From NCBI GenBank assembly GCA_001643675.2, contig LSRY02000009.1, positions 868,001-932,000 of the forward strand: a stretch of DNA of 64,000 nucleotides, given 5' to 3'. Source of the stretch: Monocercomonoides exilis PA203. Taxonomy: Eukaryota > Protista > Preaxostyla. Each line of letters opens with the position of its first letter. The first letter of the stretch is position 1. The position numbers and the translations under genes were made by a program. Below are positions 1 to 13,050 of the stretch, in pieces. The notes below the pieces were generated by a model. The model did not search any database. It had not been told where the DNA came from and saw nothing but the letters and a program-made list of their open reading frames with translations.

Positions 1-316
1 CTTCAAACTCTGCCTCAGAAATGTCAAACTAAAAAATCATCTTTGGATGAAACTAACTATTCAAACGCTTTGATTGATTAATTAATGCGCAACTCGAGGT
101 GACAATAAAATTATAGCCAGAAGTCTTTGAGGCATTTCATTTTGTGCTGCTTTCACACTGTGAAGATGAGATTTTCGTTTGAAAGGAACATCACATTTGC
201 CACATTGTGTGTATTTCATGCAAAATGGGAATATGATATTTAATATTAAAGGCTTCTCCAGTGTTTCAGTTTGTTATTAACTGATGTCCATTCTCAGATG
301 AATTGATGCTCATTCT

Positions 317-320
<4 letters not shown>

Positions 321-382
<62 letters not shown>
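321..382. repeat. (CT)n microsatellite
   Basis: Uninterrupted CT dinucleotide run of 62 bp. Confidence 0.95.
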
Positions 383-385
<3 letters not shown>

Positions 386-408
386 TTTAACATGCACAGA
401 ATTGAAAA

Positions 409-1364
409 TCAAAGTGAGTGAAAAGTGAAGCAGAACTCCATTTGTACAGCCTTATTGCCTCTCATCCACAAATTCACCTCGCAATGAACATTAATCGCGA
501 TCAGCTGGTCAACGACTGCTTTGGATATGATTGAATTGATGGGTGTTTTAAAGCATGGTGTGTTGTTATCGGTGATATCTGTGGTACACCACACGAACAG
601 CAGTATGTTGTTCACCACAGTTTCTTTCATATTTACCGGGTTCATTCTCATCACTATCTGGGTGTCAAACTGCAAAAACACTTTTTCTTTCATTCAAACT
701 TTCTTTAACTTGTTCATTATTTCAAAAAATATATTCTGATGTGAACAAGTCGAGTTTCTTCTTCTGTTATTTTCGTGCTTCACCATTATGGAATCTTTCT
801 TTTCCTTTTCTGCTTCATCAATGAATTTGCACAGTATCGTTGAAGTGATGGATGTGACAACACTTCATCGAATGCAAAGATCTTCAACATACGCTTCTGT
901 GAAAGAATACATCAACAACTGATTGTTCTCTCCAAAAATGAATGACGAGATATACTTCATTCCCGTTCCTCTGTTCCTCTTCGGCTCCTCAAATGAACGG
1001 AGGGTATTTGGATTCCATCGAAAAAACTTTTCACAAAATAAATTTGTTGCAAGCAAATGCGCCATTCGAAATCATGTCACTATCAATGGACCATTTTTGT
1101 GTGAAGGGAGGAAAGAATGTTGAAAGAGTCGTTGAGATTAAAGAAGTCAAAGATAATGACTGACGTATTCCCTGTTTGGCTGAATTTTATCTTTGATTCA
1201 GATGATATTTTTTTAATGTTCTCGTCTTTATCTTTCCACTCATCGGCTGCTCCGTTTCTTTCGCCTGCGATCCACTTAATGCTTTTTATCACTTTCAGAG
1301 TGTTAATTGACAATGTTTTCATCATGAAGTCGTAAGATGTGGTCAAACATTGCATTTTTTCCAC
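409..1364 (-). pseudogene. Fragmented ORFs of an unidentified, probably decayed gene
   Basis: Three consecutive short minus-strand ORFs (1083-1364, 865-1065, 409-693) with protein-like composition, broken by stops and frame changes. No recognisable motif. Confidence 0.3.
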
Positions 1365-2289
1365 ACAATTATTTTCGATAATGACTTTGTGATGAATGCT
1401 CCTCCGCCAACAGCTATCTATTGGATTGAAAACAATTCAAAAATCATGTGGGCTTCAGAAGAGGAAAAAAGATAATGATGATAAGTTTTTAAAGAAGGAG
1501 AAATAATTCGAGAAAACGAGCGTGATTATTTTTGAAATCATTTCTTTTTTCGGTGTATTAAAATAAAAATTCACTTATGAACATAGCTTGAAAATTTATA
1601 TTTGCAAACTTTTTGAGTTATTATTGTTTCAAAATCAAACGTTTGAAATGTGCTCAAGAAAATATTTTTAAAGACAGTGCGATAACTTATCAATGTTCAC
1701 AAGCAAAAATGAAAAACAAATAATTTTATTAAAAAACCTAACAGAAAAAATATTTTGTCGAAAATAATCACACACGAAAAAAAATAAAGAATTCATTATC
1801 ATGAATAAATGTTCACATCCAAATAGACACATTTTCTTTTTGTAATTTTGAAATAAAAGGTTCTCTACAAACCTTTGAAAGTTTCTTCTTTTCAAATTTC
1901 CTGATACAATTTAGAATTCTGTATCTTTCAATATCATCGTTTCTTCCAATTTTATTCGAATGATAACTTTTCCTAACGGATTGGAAATTTCAAAGATAAT
2001 ATTATCTTGAATGATTACACAACTGCATCATTCGTTCAGACAACTTTCTTTGGTTTCTTTCTCAACGATTCGCATTTAAATAATATGAACAAATTTTCTC
2101 TGCTTCATCTTTCATTTTCTTTATTCAGCAATATCCAAAAGATATATTTAATGAACACAAAACAAATTATTAAATATTAAAATGAAATAATTGACTTATA
2201 TTTTTTGACCAAGAAGGAGATCGACATTATTATAAAAATAGCAGTAATTGAATTGAACAAATTATTGTTTTTCTCGTTTGTGATTAAAA

Positions 2290-2573
2290 TTTTGATGTTC
2301 ATTTGTGGAAAAATACTGACTTTCAAGCTTCTTTTGCTCGAAGCATTGAAAAATTGCTTCACTCATAACTTTATTTTGCTTTCTCAGATTACAAAATAAA
2401 TTTGATTTTTATATCCGTAAACAAGTATCGTTGAAATCAAAACATGAAGTTTTTGTGTCATTACGCGAATGTCAAAAAATGGACTGATTTTTATTGTGTT
2501 TTTTGGAATAAAAAAGTCAATGAAAAGTGCATAATTTTTCAATGAATATGCCTGAAGTGAAATATTTTGCCCC
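2290..2573. mobile_element. Diverged terminus of an element related to foldback element E (49101-50202)
   Basis: Its reverse complement starts GGGGCAAAATATTTCACTTCAGGCATATTCATTGAAAAATTATGCAC, versus the E end GGGACAAAATATTTGACTTCAGGCATTTTCATTGAAAAATTATGCAC. Similarity continues ~280 bp inward and stops exactly at the terminal CCC, which is followed by ATTT. The partner end was not found in the window. Confidence 0.65.
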
Positions 2574-2657
2574 ATTTTTGAAAAAATTCATATTGTTGTC
2601 TTTTTCATTCGAATCTTTTTTATTTGTTTTTTTTTTATTTTATTTTATTTTTATTTT

Positions 2658-2688
<31 letters not shown>

Positions 2689-2895
2689 GTGAAATCGTTT
2701 CAAAGAACAATTTTTGAAAAGAAAAAATTTTTGAAAAAAGAAGATTCATACGACAGTTTGATTATCTCGACAGATTTAATTTTTCTGCTGACTGATCTTG
2801 ACAAAGATCTGAAGATAACTTATTTAAAAAATGCTTTTTTGGTGATTTTTTGGATAAAAATAAAATAAATATGAAAAAGTCGTTAATACTCGAAT

Positions 2896-3156
2896 GGGTG
2901 ATTCTTTTTGATTTCATATTGTTTCTATCAAGTTTTACGAAATAAACTATAAGCACAAACATTTTGAAATCAATCATATGTTTTGGTAAAAAAAAAAACA
3001 ATAAATGCACTTCCCTATTCAGATGAGAAAACATGTGTTTGAAAGTCATTAATTTGTAAGCATTTTTCGCTTTTTTGACAATTCTTTTGAAAATATGTGT
3101 GACAAAGAAAATTATATATTCCCCGAAAAAATATATGATTTCATAAATTATCACCC
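2896..3156. mobile_element. Putative 261-bp MITE with GGG termini and imperfect 4-bp TSD
   Basis: Left end GGGTGATTCTTTTTGATTTCATAT; right end (rc) GGGTGATAATTTATGAAATCATAT (19/24). Flanks GAAT / AAAT. The left end matches the element A TIR at 15 of the first 16 nt. Confidence 0.5.
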
Positions 3157-3713
3157 AAATGCAATATGAAATTTTTTTAACAATATAAATCAATATAAAA
3201 TGAGTTATTAAAAAATAACATAATAAATTACAAATTAGAAAAAAATTTGAAATTGTCTTTTCGGTCGACTTGTGGATGTGCTTTGTGAAAAGCAGGTCTT
3301 CCGCAAAGGCTTATTGACACTGTGTTATAAAGCACTGAAAATCAACGGAAAAAAATGAATGAAAATGTTCTTGAACAGAAAAATGTGACTTTGCTCGAGA
3401 ATTATAATTTGAATCGAATTAAAATTCAGTTTTGATTGTTTTGTGTTTTATAAAGAAGACACGATTGAAAAAAGTCGACATTAGGTTCATTTTTTCGTTT
3501 TGTTATTTGTCAGGTTATTTTTTGAAAATGTGTGATATCAGTTATTCCTTTTTCAAAGAATAAACACGCTCCAAAAAGTCTCGCACATGCAAATAGTATT
3601 TGCAAATAATTTTTATTTTCTTTGAATTTCTTATGAACCCATTAACCAGCAGATCAAATTCATATTATAAAACAAAAAATAAATGAATAAATGAATAAAA
3701 GAGAATCCATATG

Positions 3714-4720
3714 GGGAGATTTTTTTATCCGGACATTTTTTTTTAATCCGGGCATTTTTTTTTTATTGGCGTTTCTCACTAAATAAAAACTGAAAATAGA
3801 AAAAGCATATTGAACCAGGTTTGAATACATATTAAATGTTCATACAAAAAAATTTTTTTGTCAATTTTTGTTTTTGATGAAGATCTTGGGAATTTTTAAT
3901 CTATTTTTGATCATTTGTTTTGCTCGTTTTTAACCGACTCTCTTTTTCTGTCAGTTTTTAGCTACTGGTCCATAAATCATTCATAATTATCTTTAATAAT
4001 ACCAAATCTTTTTTGTTTTTTCTTATTTTTTCACGAGTTTTTCGCATTTCATTGTTTTTGAAGAAAATTGCAAAAATCTTAAAATAATGAGCTACACAAT
4101 ATTTATTAGATATTTTTTTCAGATATGCGTCAAATGATAAATACTTGCAGAAAATATGCACAACGTGAAATTTTTATAAAATGTTGTTGTTTTAACAGTA
4201 CAAATAGATTTTTCTTAATGACTAAATAGCTCATTTTGTTCTTGATTTAATAAAACATGACAAATCATTTCGATTTGTCATGTATTTTAATATAATTTGC
4301 AAATTATTTTGGTATTTTCATTGAAAGAATAAATAATAGTCGAGAAAAAATGAGTTTTTTGTAATTTTCTTCAAAAACAATGAAATGCGAAAAACTCGTG
4401 AAAAAATAAGAAAAAACAAAAAAGATTTGGTATTATTAAAGATAATTATGAATGATTTATGGACCAGTAGCTAAAAACTGACAGAAAAAGAGAGTCGGTT
4501 AAAAACGAGCAAAACAAATGATCAAAAATAGATTAAAAATTCCCAAGATCTTCATCAAAAACAAAAATTGACAAAAAAATTTTTTTGTATGAACATTTAA
4601 TATGTATTCAAACCTGGTTCAATATGCTTTTTCTATTTTCAGTTTTTATTTAGTGAGAAACGCCAATAAAAAAAAAAATGCCCGGATTAAAAAAAAAATG
4701 TCCGGATAAAAAAATCACCC
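3714..4720. mobile_element. Non-autonomous foldback MITE, pogo-like termini
   Basis: Near-identical ~360-bp inverted arms (3714-~4076 / ~4356-4720) with a ~280-bp spacer. Ends GGG(A/T)GATTTTTTTATCCGGAC resemble the pogo TIR GGGTTATAATTTTATCTCGAC at 23076/25095. TA follows the right end, TG precedes the left end. Confidence 0.85.
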
Positions 4721-5037
4721 TATTTTAAAAAAATATTTTAAAAATCTCAAGTTTTGAATGGATTAAAAAAAGAACTTCAATAATAAATCCAAAATCAACA
4801 AAATATGAATAACAAAATTGATAATCCTTCAAAATGATATTAACAGCTGCTTCAATAACTAATCAACAAAATCACAGCAATAAATAACAACAATCTCATC
4901 AACAGAATTGCAACTGCAATTCTAATCACAAAATAGAAACACTTAAAAAATAAATAAAAAGATAATAATAATAATAAAAGTTCTAAATAGAGAAGTACAT
5001 TTATTGTTGGCCTGCCATTCATTTGTCCATCTGCTGC

Positions 5038-7419
5038 TCAGACAAGCCACGAAAACGAACCCTTCCGAAGAATCTTTTCCCAAAGCACATGAATTTCGTG
5101 ATTAGCGAGCGGTTCATTAAAATTCCCTTGATTCCTGTTCATTTTTGCGTTTTCTTTCTTCTTCTTTGCTTCCTCCTCTGCTCTTTTCTTTTCTGCTTCC
5201 TCTGCCTCTGCTTCTTTTTGATCTTCCTTATCATAATACTTGTTGATCTCATCAATCTCCGCACTCAGTTCTTCAACACTCAGCCCCCTTTGAATCACAT
5301 TTATCAGCCTCTGTTCTTTCTCTTTTTCTCGCTTCTCCTTCGCTTTCGCCTTCTCTTTCGCCTTCTCTTTTCTTTCTTGTTCTTCCTGGTTTTTTCTAAT
5401 TTTTTCCGCCTTTCTCCTTTTCCACTCCTCTGCCCGTATTTCCTGCATTTCTCTACCTCTCTTACACGGAGCTAATTCCTGCCACACAAGCAGCTCTTTG
5501 TTTGAATCCACTCTTTGCTTCACCCACTTTACATCTCCCATCAGCAAATACAGCGCTGCCCAGAATGCAGCCAGCACAACCACAAACCACACCAGCATCG
5601 GAACCAGCGACAGTATCATGTTTCTTTCCATCTTGTGCGCTCGCTCAATCAGCTCGTCGGTCACAATCACTGCTGACATGAACCGTTCTGCTCCTTCCCA
5701 CGCCTTTCCACTCGAAGTCGGTGGGTCAAACTTCCCAATCCCGTCCAAGCACAGAAGAGGGATCAGAACAATGGCAATCCCTATTGCAGATCCAAACACA
5801 ATCCCACAGCAGCGCACGCTCTTGCTGCATATCGTTTCGAAATCATAATTTTGTGATGGCTCCATGTTGAATGCAAAAAGATGCATCGTGATGATTGTCA
5901 GGAACAACGGTATGAAAGTAATTGTCCACGAGCTTGTGAAATTGTCTGTTTGATCGTCCACATGCAGCAAGCATTCCAATCGCACATATTCACGTCCACA
6001 TTCACACATACACACACAAAAAATAAGAAAGAAAGAAAGAAAAAGAAAAAGAAATAAAATGAATAAATGAAATGAATAAAACATAATTTTTGTGCGAAAC
6101 AGATACAAAAAACAAACAAATAAATAAATAAAAACGTAATGCTACTCTTCTCTTTTTTCTCACACTCACTCACTCATCCACCCTCCTTTAACACTTTGCA
6201 TACAGCACAGTTTCACAGAAAAGAACACCCACGTAAAAGCGATTCCAATCAGAGAAATAATAAGCATGAACAAAGAGAAACAATAATGATATGGAAATCT
6301 TGGCCAGCATGATACATAAATCCGTTCAGATATCATTGAACCATAGAAAAGCAAAAAAATGAACAAAAGATTGAACAAAATTGTATCTGAGTTTGAAATC
6401 GTTCGCCCATCTTCTGTGAATTTTTGTGTGACTGTCTCTGTGTCTGCCACTTTTCTGAAAAGCACATCATTAGCAGTCTCATTTTCCATCGCACTCCTTT
6501 GAGGATACGGCTTTGTCACTGGACCATCAACCAGGCGATTGCGAATGTTGAATGTGTGTTCATCCCCATTCACAAAATTGTCAATATCACTGCTTGAGAA
6601 AACCACACAAAAAAAGAATCCCATAGCTACTGCATTCACTGCAAGCGTAATCCAAAAACACTCTAGCTTCACCAAACACTGAATTAAGAAATAGAAAAAC
6701 AATGCAAGCATCACGATTGAAACACTAAACTGGAACTTCGATCGCGACAGGCTGAATGAAAAGACCGATCTGGTAACTTTGTTCGTCAAAAGATTCGACA
6801 CATGCCCATCATCAGACAGCTTGTCGAAAACTGGCCCCCGGATAAAATTCGTTGAGTAGAAGATGGCAAAGAAAAACAAGAAAAGAAATAGCGCAAGAGA
6901 CACCCATGTTAATGTGAATACAATTAAATACAACCAAGGATTTTCGATAGTTCTTTTCAGATCTTGAAAATCCTTCCAGAAGCCTTGTCTCTTTCCAAAC
7001 AGCACTTCTGGAAAAGTCCCATACAACCGAATGGTATCCTTCCATCCTTTCGGGCTCAATCCAAATCGGGTCTTGTCCGCAACATCCTGAATACAATTTA
7101 AAGCAAAATATAAATCAATAAATAAACAAAAACGAAAAGAAGCCCATCAAAAAGATAGTCACTCGCTGTGCCTGCTCCAACACAGCATAAAATGCACACA
7201 TCCGCATTGCTTGGATCGTACGTGTCCAGATCCTGGAACTCGCTCTGACTCATGTAGATGTTGTCTCTCAGCCGCGGCAACTCCTCAACGACAATTTCAT
7301 GCCAAAACCTGCATTCAGTCAAATCCCGTAAATTTTGATCATAAAAAAATTAAATGCATGTCATACTCGTCTGTATCCAGCATCTTTCGGAAAAACTTTG
7401 ACGTCCCCATCAGCCTCAT
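5038..7419 (-). CDS. Multi-exon, multi-pass membrane protein with C-terminal charged coiled-coil tail (uncharacterised)
   Basis: ORFs 7098-7322, 6166-7059 and 5038-6108 can be joined by GT-AG introns (approx. exons 7419-7367, 7311-7201, 7087-6174, 5946-5038). Several hydrophobic segments, followed by an E/K/R-rich tail. Splice sites are inferred by eye. Confidence 0.65.
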
Positions 7420-8310
7420 TTTCGTTCTTGTGTCGCATTTTTTCAAAATTCTTCCAAATTTTCAAAAATATTTCAAAACCCAACTAAAAATCTCACACTG
7501 CTTCCAAATATCCATCGGCACTCCTGCACCACGTGCGTTCAAGCACAAACCGTCCGATAACTGCAAAACAGCAAAAAACAAAAATGCAAACTTTTCGCAT
7601 CCACCAGTCCACAATCCTCATCTGACGAGCTGCTGGACGTCGGATCTTCAATGCCTGTAACCATGGGAATCAACTCTCGGAACGCTCTCTCATTTCCTGT
7701 GTGGCTGAGAACTTCTGAAGATTTCATCGATCTGGTGAATAAATTGTTTTGCCAACTGATTCGCAGTTGCTCAACCAACCACATTCACTCATTTTGTTCA
7801 CTGGTATTTTTGCATAACCTGGTGATATTTTTGGAGTGTTTTTGTGCTTTTTCGAATTCAATAGAAAAATAAATTAAAGGTACTTTCTTCAAAAAATAAT
7901 GAATAAAATCCAACAGACTCAATGGCAGCGCAGCAGTCACAGGTGAGGATGGGCGGAGGAAGGGGAAAGTGTGGGGCGCAGACGTGTGGCGCAGACACGC
8001 ACGCCAAAAAAATTTCTGATTCAGTTTTGGAGTTCGGGCAAGAGGGACGGGGGCAGAAGACACATATAGTGTTAACGAAATGGCTTGCAGTTTTGGTGCA
8101 TAAGGTGTTTGGGTTTCGTTTTTTTGTTCAGCGACAATCCACCTGAGATGCAAAAAAGGCGTGTTCGAAAGAAACGGGAGTAGTCTGCGGTGGAAAGAAA
8201 AAGGTTTGAGTGCTCGTTGCTGTTTGTGCGCTGCACGGTATGTTTGCAATTGTTTCATACCATTTTGCTTTTTTCCCCCTCGTTTTGCAATGCAATTCTG
8301 ACTTTTTGGT

Positions 8311-11231
8311 AGACAAAGGCGACGAAGAGGAAGAGGATGAAGAGGAAGGCGATGAAGAAGAATTCGGGAGCGAAATAGACGAGGACGAGAACTCGTAGGA
8401 CGAGTTGGCTGAAGAAGAAAAGGGGCTGGAGGAGGGAGCAGGGCAAGAAGATTTTGAGCAGGAGGGCATGGCTGATGAAAACACTGAGTTGGAGAGCAAC
8501 CAGAAAGAGCCAATGGACCAGCTGGACGAGGACGATGAGGACGATGACGTCGAGGAGGATGAACATACCGGAGAACGGTCAGATGGCAACAGCAAGGATG
8601 ACGCTGAAATGAGCAGGAGTGGCATGGAGGATCGGATGGCTGAGAGCGAGGAAGAGAAGGATGAAGCGAGCGGAAAAGAGAGCAAAGAAGCTGAATACGC
8701 TACGAGCAGCATGCAAGAGAAAAGAGAGGAAGCAAGTGACGAGGAGCCTGACGTCTCATCTCCTTCTGAAGACAGGCTTCATCTTCAGCCAGTGACAACT
8801 TCAGAAGAGGTGAGGAGGGAGGGTTCTGTTGTGGATGAGAAAGGAAGGAACGAGGCAGAGAAAAGCGATGCTGAGGCGTGTGATGAGGGTGCTGCGGCGA
8901 CTTTGAACAGCACACAAAAGCAAAAGGGAAGGAGTACAGCTGCATCATTTTTGATGTCTGTCCAACAGCTGCAAAAGTTTCATCAACCACAACACCAGGA
9001 GGAGGAGGAGGAAAGGGGAAGGCGACTGGAAGAGCATCATCAGCTGAAGTGGCTGAGAGTTGCGGGCTGGATGCGAAGCAGGAGGCGAGGAGGCTGAAGG
9101 CGAAGTTGGAGGGAAAAGACGAAACGATCCTTCGTCTGCTGAAAGAGAAGAAGGAGGAGGCAGAGGAGATGGGGAAGGAGCGAGAGCTGGGGAAGAGCAG
9201 AGAAGAGTTAGCGGAGAGGAGCAGGGAAAGGGAGCGGGAATGAGAGAAGAGCAGGATTTGGGAGCTGGAGGAGGTAGAAAAGCGGGGAGAGCAGGAGGAG
9301 GTGAGGGAAGCAGTGAAAGAAGAGATAAACCAGCTGAAGAGTGTGATGAGAGGGATGGAGAAAGAGAAGGAGGAGCTGGGAGCGAGGCTGCTAGAAGCGA
9401 AGAGGGAAATGGAGAATCTGAAGAGGGAGAAGGCAGCTGCGACAAAAAGGGCAAAGTTGAAGGAGGCGGAGTTTGGAGAGGGCGCAGGAGGAGGAGAAGC
9501 GGAGGATGGATGCAGAGGCGCCTCTGAAGGGGAAGATTGGAAGGGTTGGGAAGGAAAGAGATCGCGATCGGTGGTGGTATGAGACAGCAGAAAAGGAGTG
9601 GAACAGCGAAAAGGAGGGATTAGAGGCAGAAATACGATCGCTGAAGCAGCAGGTGCAGACGCTCCAACAACAACAACAGCATTCCACTGAACACTCTTCT
9701 CCATTGCTCAAATACACAGCTGGAGAAGAAGTCGCAAGCAGAACGAACCAGCCATCTGTTTATTTTAAGAGCGATAATCAGGCGAATGGGGCATCCTGCG
9801 CTTACAGTGAAGATCCTCCGTCTGCTCTTTCTCCACCGATTCAGGTTCAGCCATCAACGCATTCACCTTCTTCTTCTTCTTCTTCTTCTTCGTCTTCGTC
9901 TTCATCATCATCATCATCATCTTCTTCTTCTTCTTCTTCTTCTTCTTCTTCTTCTTCTTCTCCTCCTCCTCCTCCTCCTCCTTTTACTTCTTCAACCTCT
10001 TCCTCTTTTTCTCCTTCTTCTTTTTCTTCTGCTGCTTCTTCATCTTCGTATTCTTCTTCTTCTGCAATTTGCCCTTTTCCACCAACTGCCCCATCTTCAA
10101 CTTCTTAATTGCCTTCTTCATCAACACTTTCTCCAACTTTTTCGATGCCATTATCACTTTCTTTGCATTGGGTCGGAATATCGGCCTTCTGATTCATTAA
10201 AGCTGTTCAATCGGAAGCACAGACAAATTGAACCAAATTTTATTTCATTCACTTTTTATTCTCTCAACATCATCATAATCGTCATCAATGCCTTTTATTG
10301 TTTCGCTAAAAATGAATCAGAGCTGCTTTCCTCTCTGCAATGGAGCATTCAGCCCTGCTTCAGATCTTCGTAAGGCTTCCGCGCTCCGGCTGTGCTGAAC
10401 AGGGTGAATGATTTGAATGTGAATGAGCGGAGGAAGGAAATTCTGGGGGAACGTCGCATTCATTCACTCGCTTTCTGACGCCGCCAAGAAGCGAAGAGAG
10501 AGGAGTTCAAATTCAAATGGAAGAGGCAAAGAAAGCGAAGTTCAGTTGCAAGACGAATGCTGTGCAGAGGAAAGGGAAGCAGAATGAAGGCCAAAGACGA
10601 AGAAGAGGACGAAAGAGAAAGACGAGTTTTGCACATTTCAAGTTGACGCTTTCGACCAAGGCTTGCACAGGCACAACGGAAAGAAGGCGGAGAGAAGAGT
10701 GAAGGTGATGATGATGACGACGAATTGCAGCAGACATTCTGCTTGTTCGACAGCGCACTCTCATCTGCCAAGCTGCACACTCAAAGTCCCACAACCTCCT
10801 TGACAATTATCACATCTCCGTTTTCTCCCTTGCCGCACGCACAATTGTCTGCACCTTCTGTTCTTGTTGGAACTCTGCAGAACCCATTCATGCTGTAATC
10901 TCCCTCCGCCGACTCCTCTTCATTCACACAGAAGTCCCACTGCACATTCAACCCAAGCTCTTCTTCTTTATCGTCCATGCCTTCATTTTCCTCCTCTAAC
11001 AATTCGGTCATTGGGTTCTATCGCTCTCGAAGTGCTGCAGTCAATAAAAGTGCAAGGAATCTGCAAAAGTTAGGGAAACAGCAGATAGCAGACAGTCAGG
11101 AGAATTCATTTTCTGAATGCAAATGGAATAACTCAAAAACAACTGGAACATCATCATCTGTAATTGATAGAGTTTCGAGTGGTGGGGCGAATTACATGCA
11201 TAATCAAGTATCTGGAACAATATCATCGTAA
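8311..11231 (+). pseudogene. Disrupted acidic/coiled-coil low-complexity protein gene
   Basis: Successive E/D-rich and E/K/R heptad ORFs (8405-9097, 9049-9243, 9301-9582, 9473-10108, 10517-10702, 10977-11231) linked by in-frame stops (e.g. TAG 8396, TGA 9241) and frameshifts. Confidence 0.55.
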
Positions 11232-11602
11232 TATCTAACCTTTTGCAATTGGATACTGTTTTTGGTATTTTTTTCTTATTTGATCAATAATGTGAAATAC
11301 GGAGAGAAAAATAAACAAACAAAGATAAAAAATTGAGAAATGATCGATTATATTTTGTAGATAACAGCAAGTCCATTTTGATTGCTATTATTCGTTGCAA
11401 ATTGAAGAATATGATTTATCATCGTTCATTTTTTAAAAATAAAACAGAATTTTTTGATCGAAATACATTTAAAACAAATCTTATCAATTAAATGGTTTTT
11501 TTAATAATATACAAATATAATTCATAAATTTAATAAGCACTGTTTGAGAAAGTGATTCTTGAGAGTTTTTTTGAAAACTACAATAAATATTCTTCGTTAA
11601 AA

Positions 11603-11711
11603 GTTATTCCGAAAAGACGGAGTTTATTCCAATTAATTTTTTATTCCAATAAAATTATTTATTCCGAATAAACTTTGTTTATTTGAATATGTTATTTTTA
11701 TTCGAATAAAA
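11603..11711. repeat. Cluster of six short semi-palindromic TTATTC(C/G)AATAAA-like motifs at ~17-20 bp spacing
   Basis: ttattccgaa, tttattccaatt, tttattccaataaa, tttattccgaataaa, tttatttgaatat, tttattcgaataaa in tandem. Confidence 0.5.
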
Positions 11712-12159
11712 CCTTTCTATTCTCATTGTATCTGTTGTTCAAACAAGAAATAAAACTTCATTTTGCGCTTATAAAGGGTAGTTTTTGAATAAAATTTCAT
11801 TTCGAAAATTTTCTTCCATTTTCTTTTTCAATGAAAAAGAATTTTGAAGAAATTTCGTTAATTGTTCTTCAAAGCAAAATTTCATGAAGGATAGGCTTTG
11901 CAGAAGTTTGAAAATACGAAGATGAGGTTTCCAAGTATTTCTTCCTTTTGTTATTTGTTTTTCTTTGAATCACAAAACAGGCAACTTGAAAAGAAGTTGT
12001 TTAATTCTCATTGAACTACAAACTTTGATGCAAACTCCTAATGAAAACTTCTTCTTCGTATTGTTTTTCCTTCTTTGTTTTTTTCATTTGTACTTATTAT
12101 CATGGCTATTTATAAGTCAGCTAATGGAGTTGTCGAAGGAGAAAAAAAAGGAAGAAGAA

Positions 12160-12208
<49 letters not shown>

Positions 12209-12334
12209 GAAAGAGAAAGAAACGATAAAAGCAAAAACATCATCATCTTCTTCTTCTTCTATCTCCTCTTCTTCCTCTTCCTCCACAGACGCATCCTCTT
12301 TGCATTCCTCTCTTTCTTCTTCTTCTTTCGCTTC

Positions 12335-12765
12335 GCATGTGCAAGCAGACTCAGCTGAATGCAGCAGCATCTCCATTCTGTTTATGTTTCTTCTCTCCAT
12401 CCAGCTGTTGTTCAGCATTGTTCTGAGCGATTCAACAATTTTGATGGAAAAAAATAAGAAAGACATATTCAAAGGCAGATGCTGTCAAAAAAAAAACAGT
12501 CCAACAAATACGATGAGGATGAGTGTCTTCGCAAGTTACTGCAAGTTGCTGAGTCTGAATTGATAAGGATCTGCAAGACGAATCTGTTTTTGAGTGAAAT
12601 ATATTTTTGAAATTCGCAAAATTAACCAAAAAATTATCAAAGAAAAGAATACAAAGAAAAAGAAAAATATGAAGTTCAAAATGAGGCAATGCAATTTTTC
12701 AAAAAAATGCTCGTCTTTTCGCCTCTCTGATTGAAGCAGTCTGCCTTTTATCATTTCTACCCAAC
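12335..12765 (-). pseudogene. Decayed gene 5' segment, diverged inverted paralog of 15845-16285
   Basis: Shared blocks such as GCAAGCAGACTC(A/G)GCTGA and GCCTCTCTGATTGAAGCAGTCTG occur in opposite orientation at the two loci. Confidence 0.55.
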
Positions 12766-12945
12766 CATTTGTTTTTCATTAGCAAAAGTCAAAAGAACTT
12801 CTGTGCATCACTAAAAGAGAAAGAAAAAAAGAGATAGAACAGAAAGGAAAAAATTAGAAATTATCATTGCAAAAAATGTTGCATTTATTTTTATTTTTGA
12901 TGATCTCTTTCTTTCTTTCTTTTTCTTTTATTAATTTTTCAAAAA

Positions 12946-12976
<31 letters not shown>

Positions 12977-13050
12977 ATATTTTTGCCATTTTGAGAAGCG
13001 TATTAAAAAGACAGTTTTTGAGTAACAAAATAAATAAAAATCACATTTTC

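Noticed and set aside
3705-3716. CC-ATAT-GGGG as another end-to-end Sola junction
   Set aside because: The left side shows no TIR core, and the right side matches the pogo-type foldback whose other end is followed by TA.
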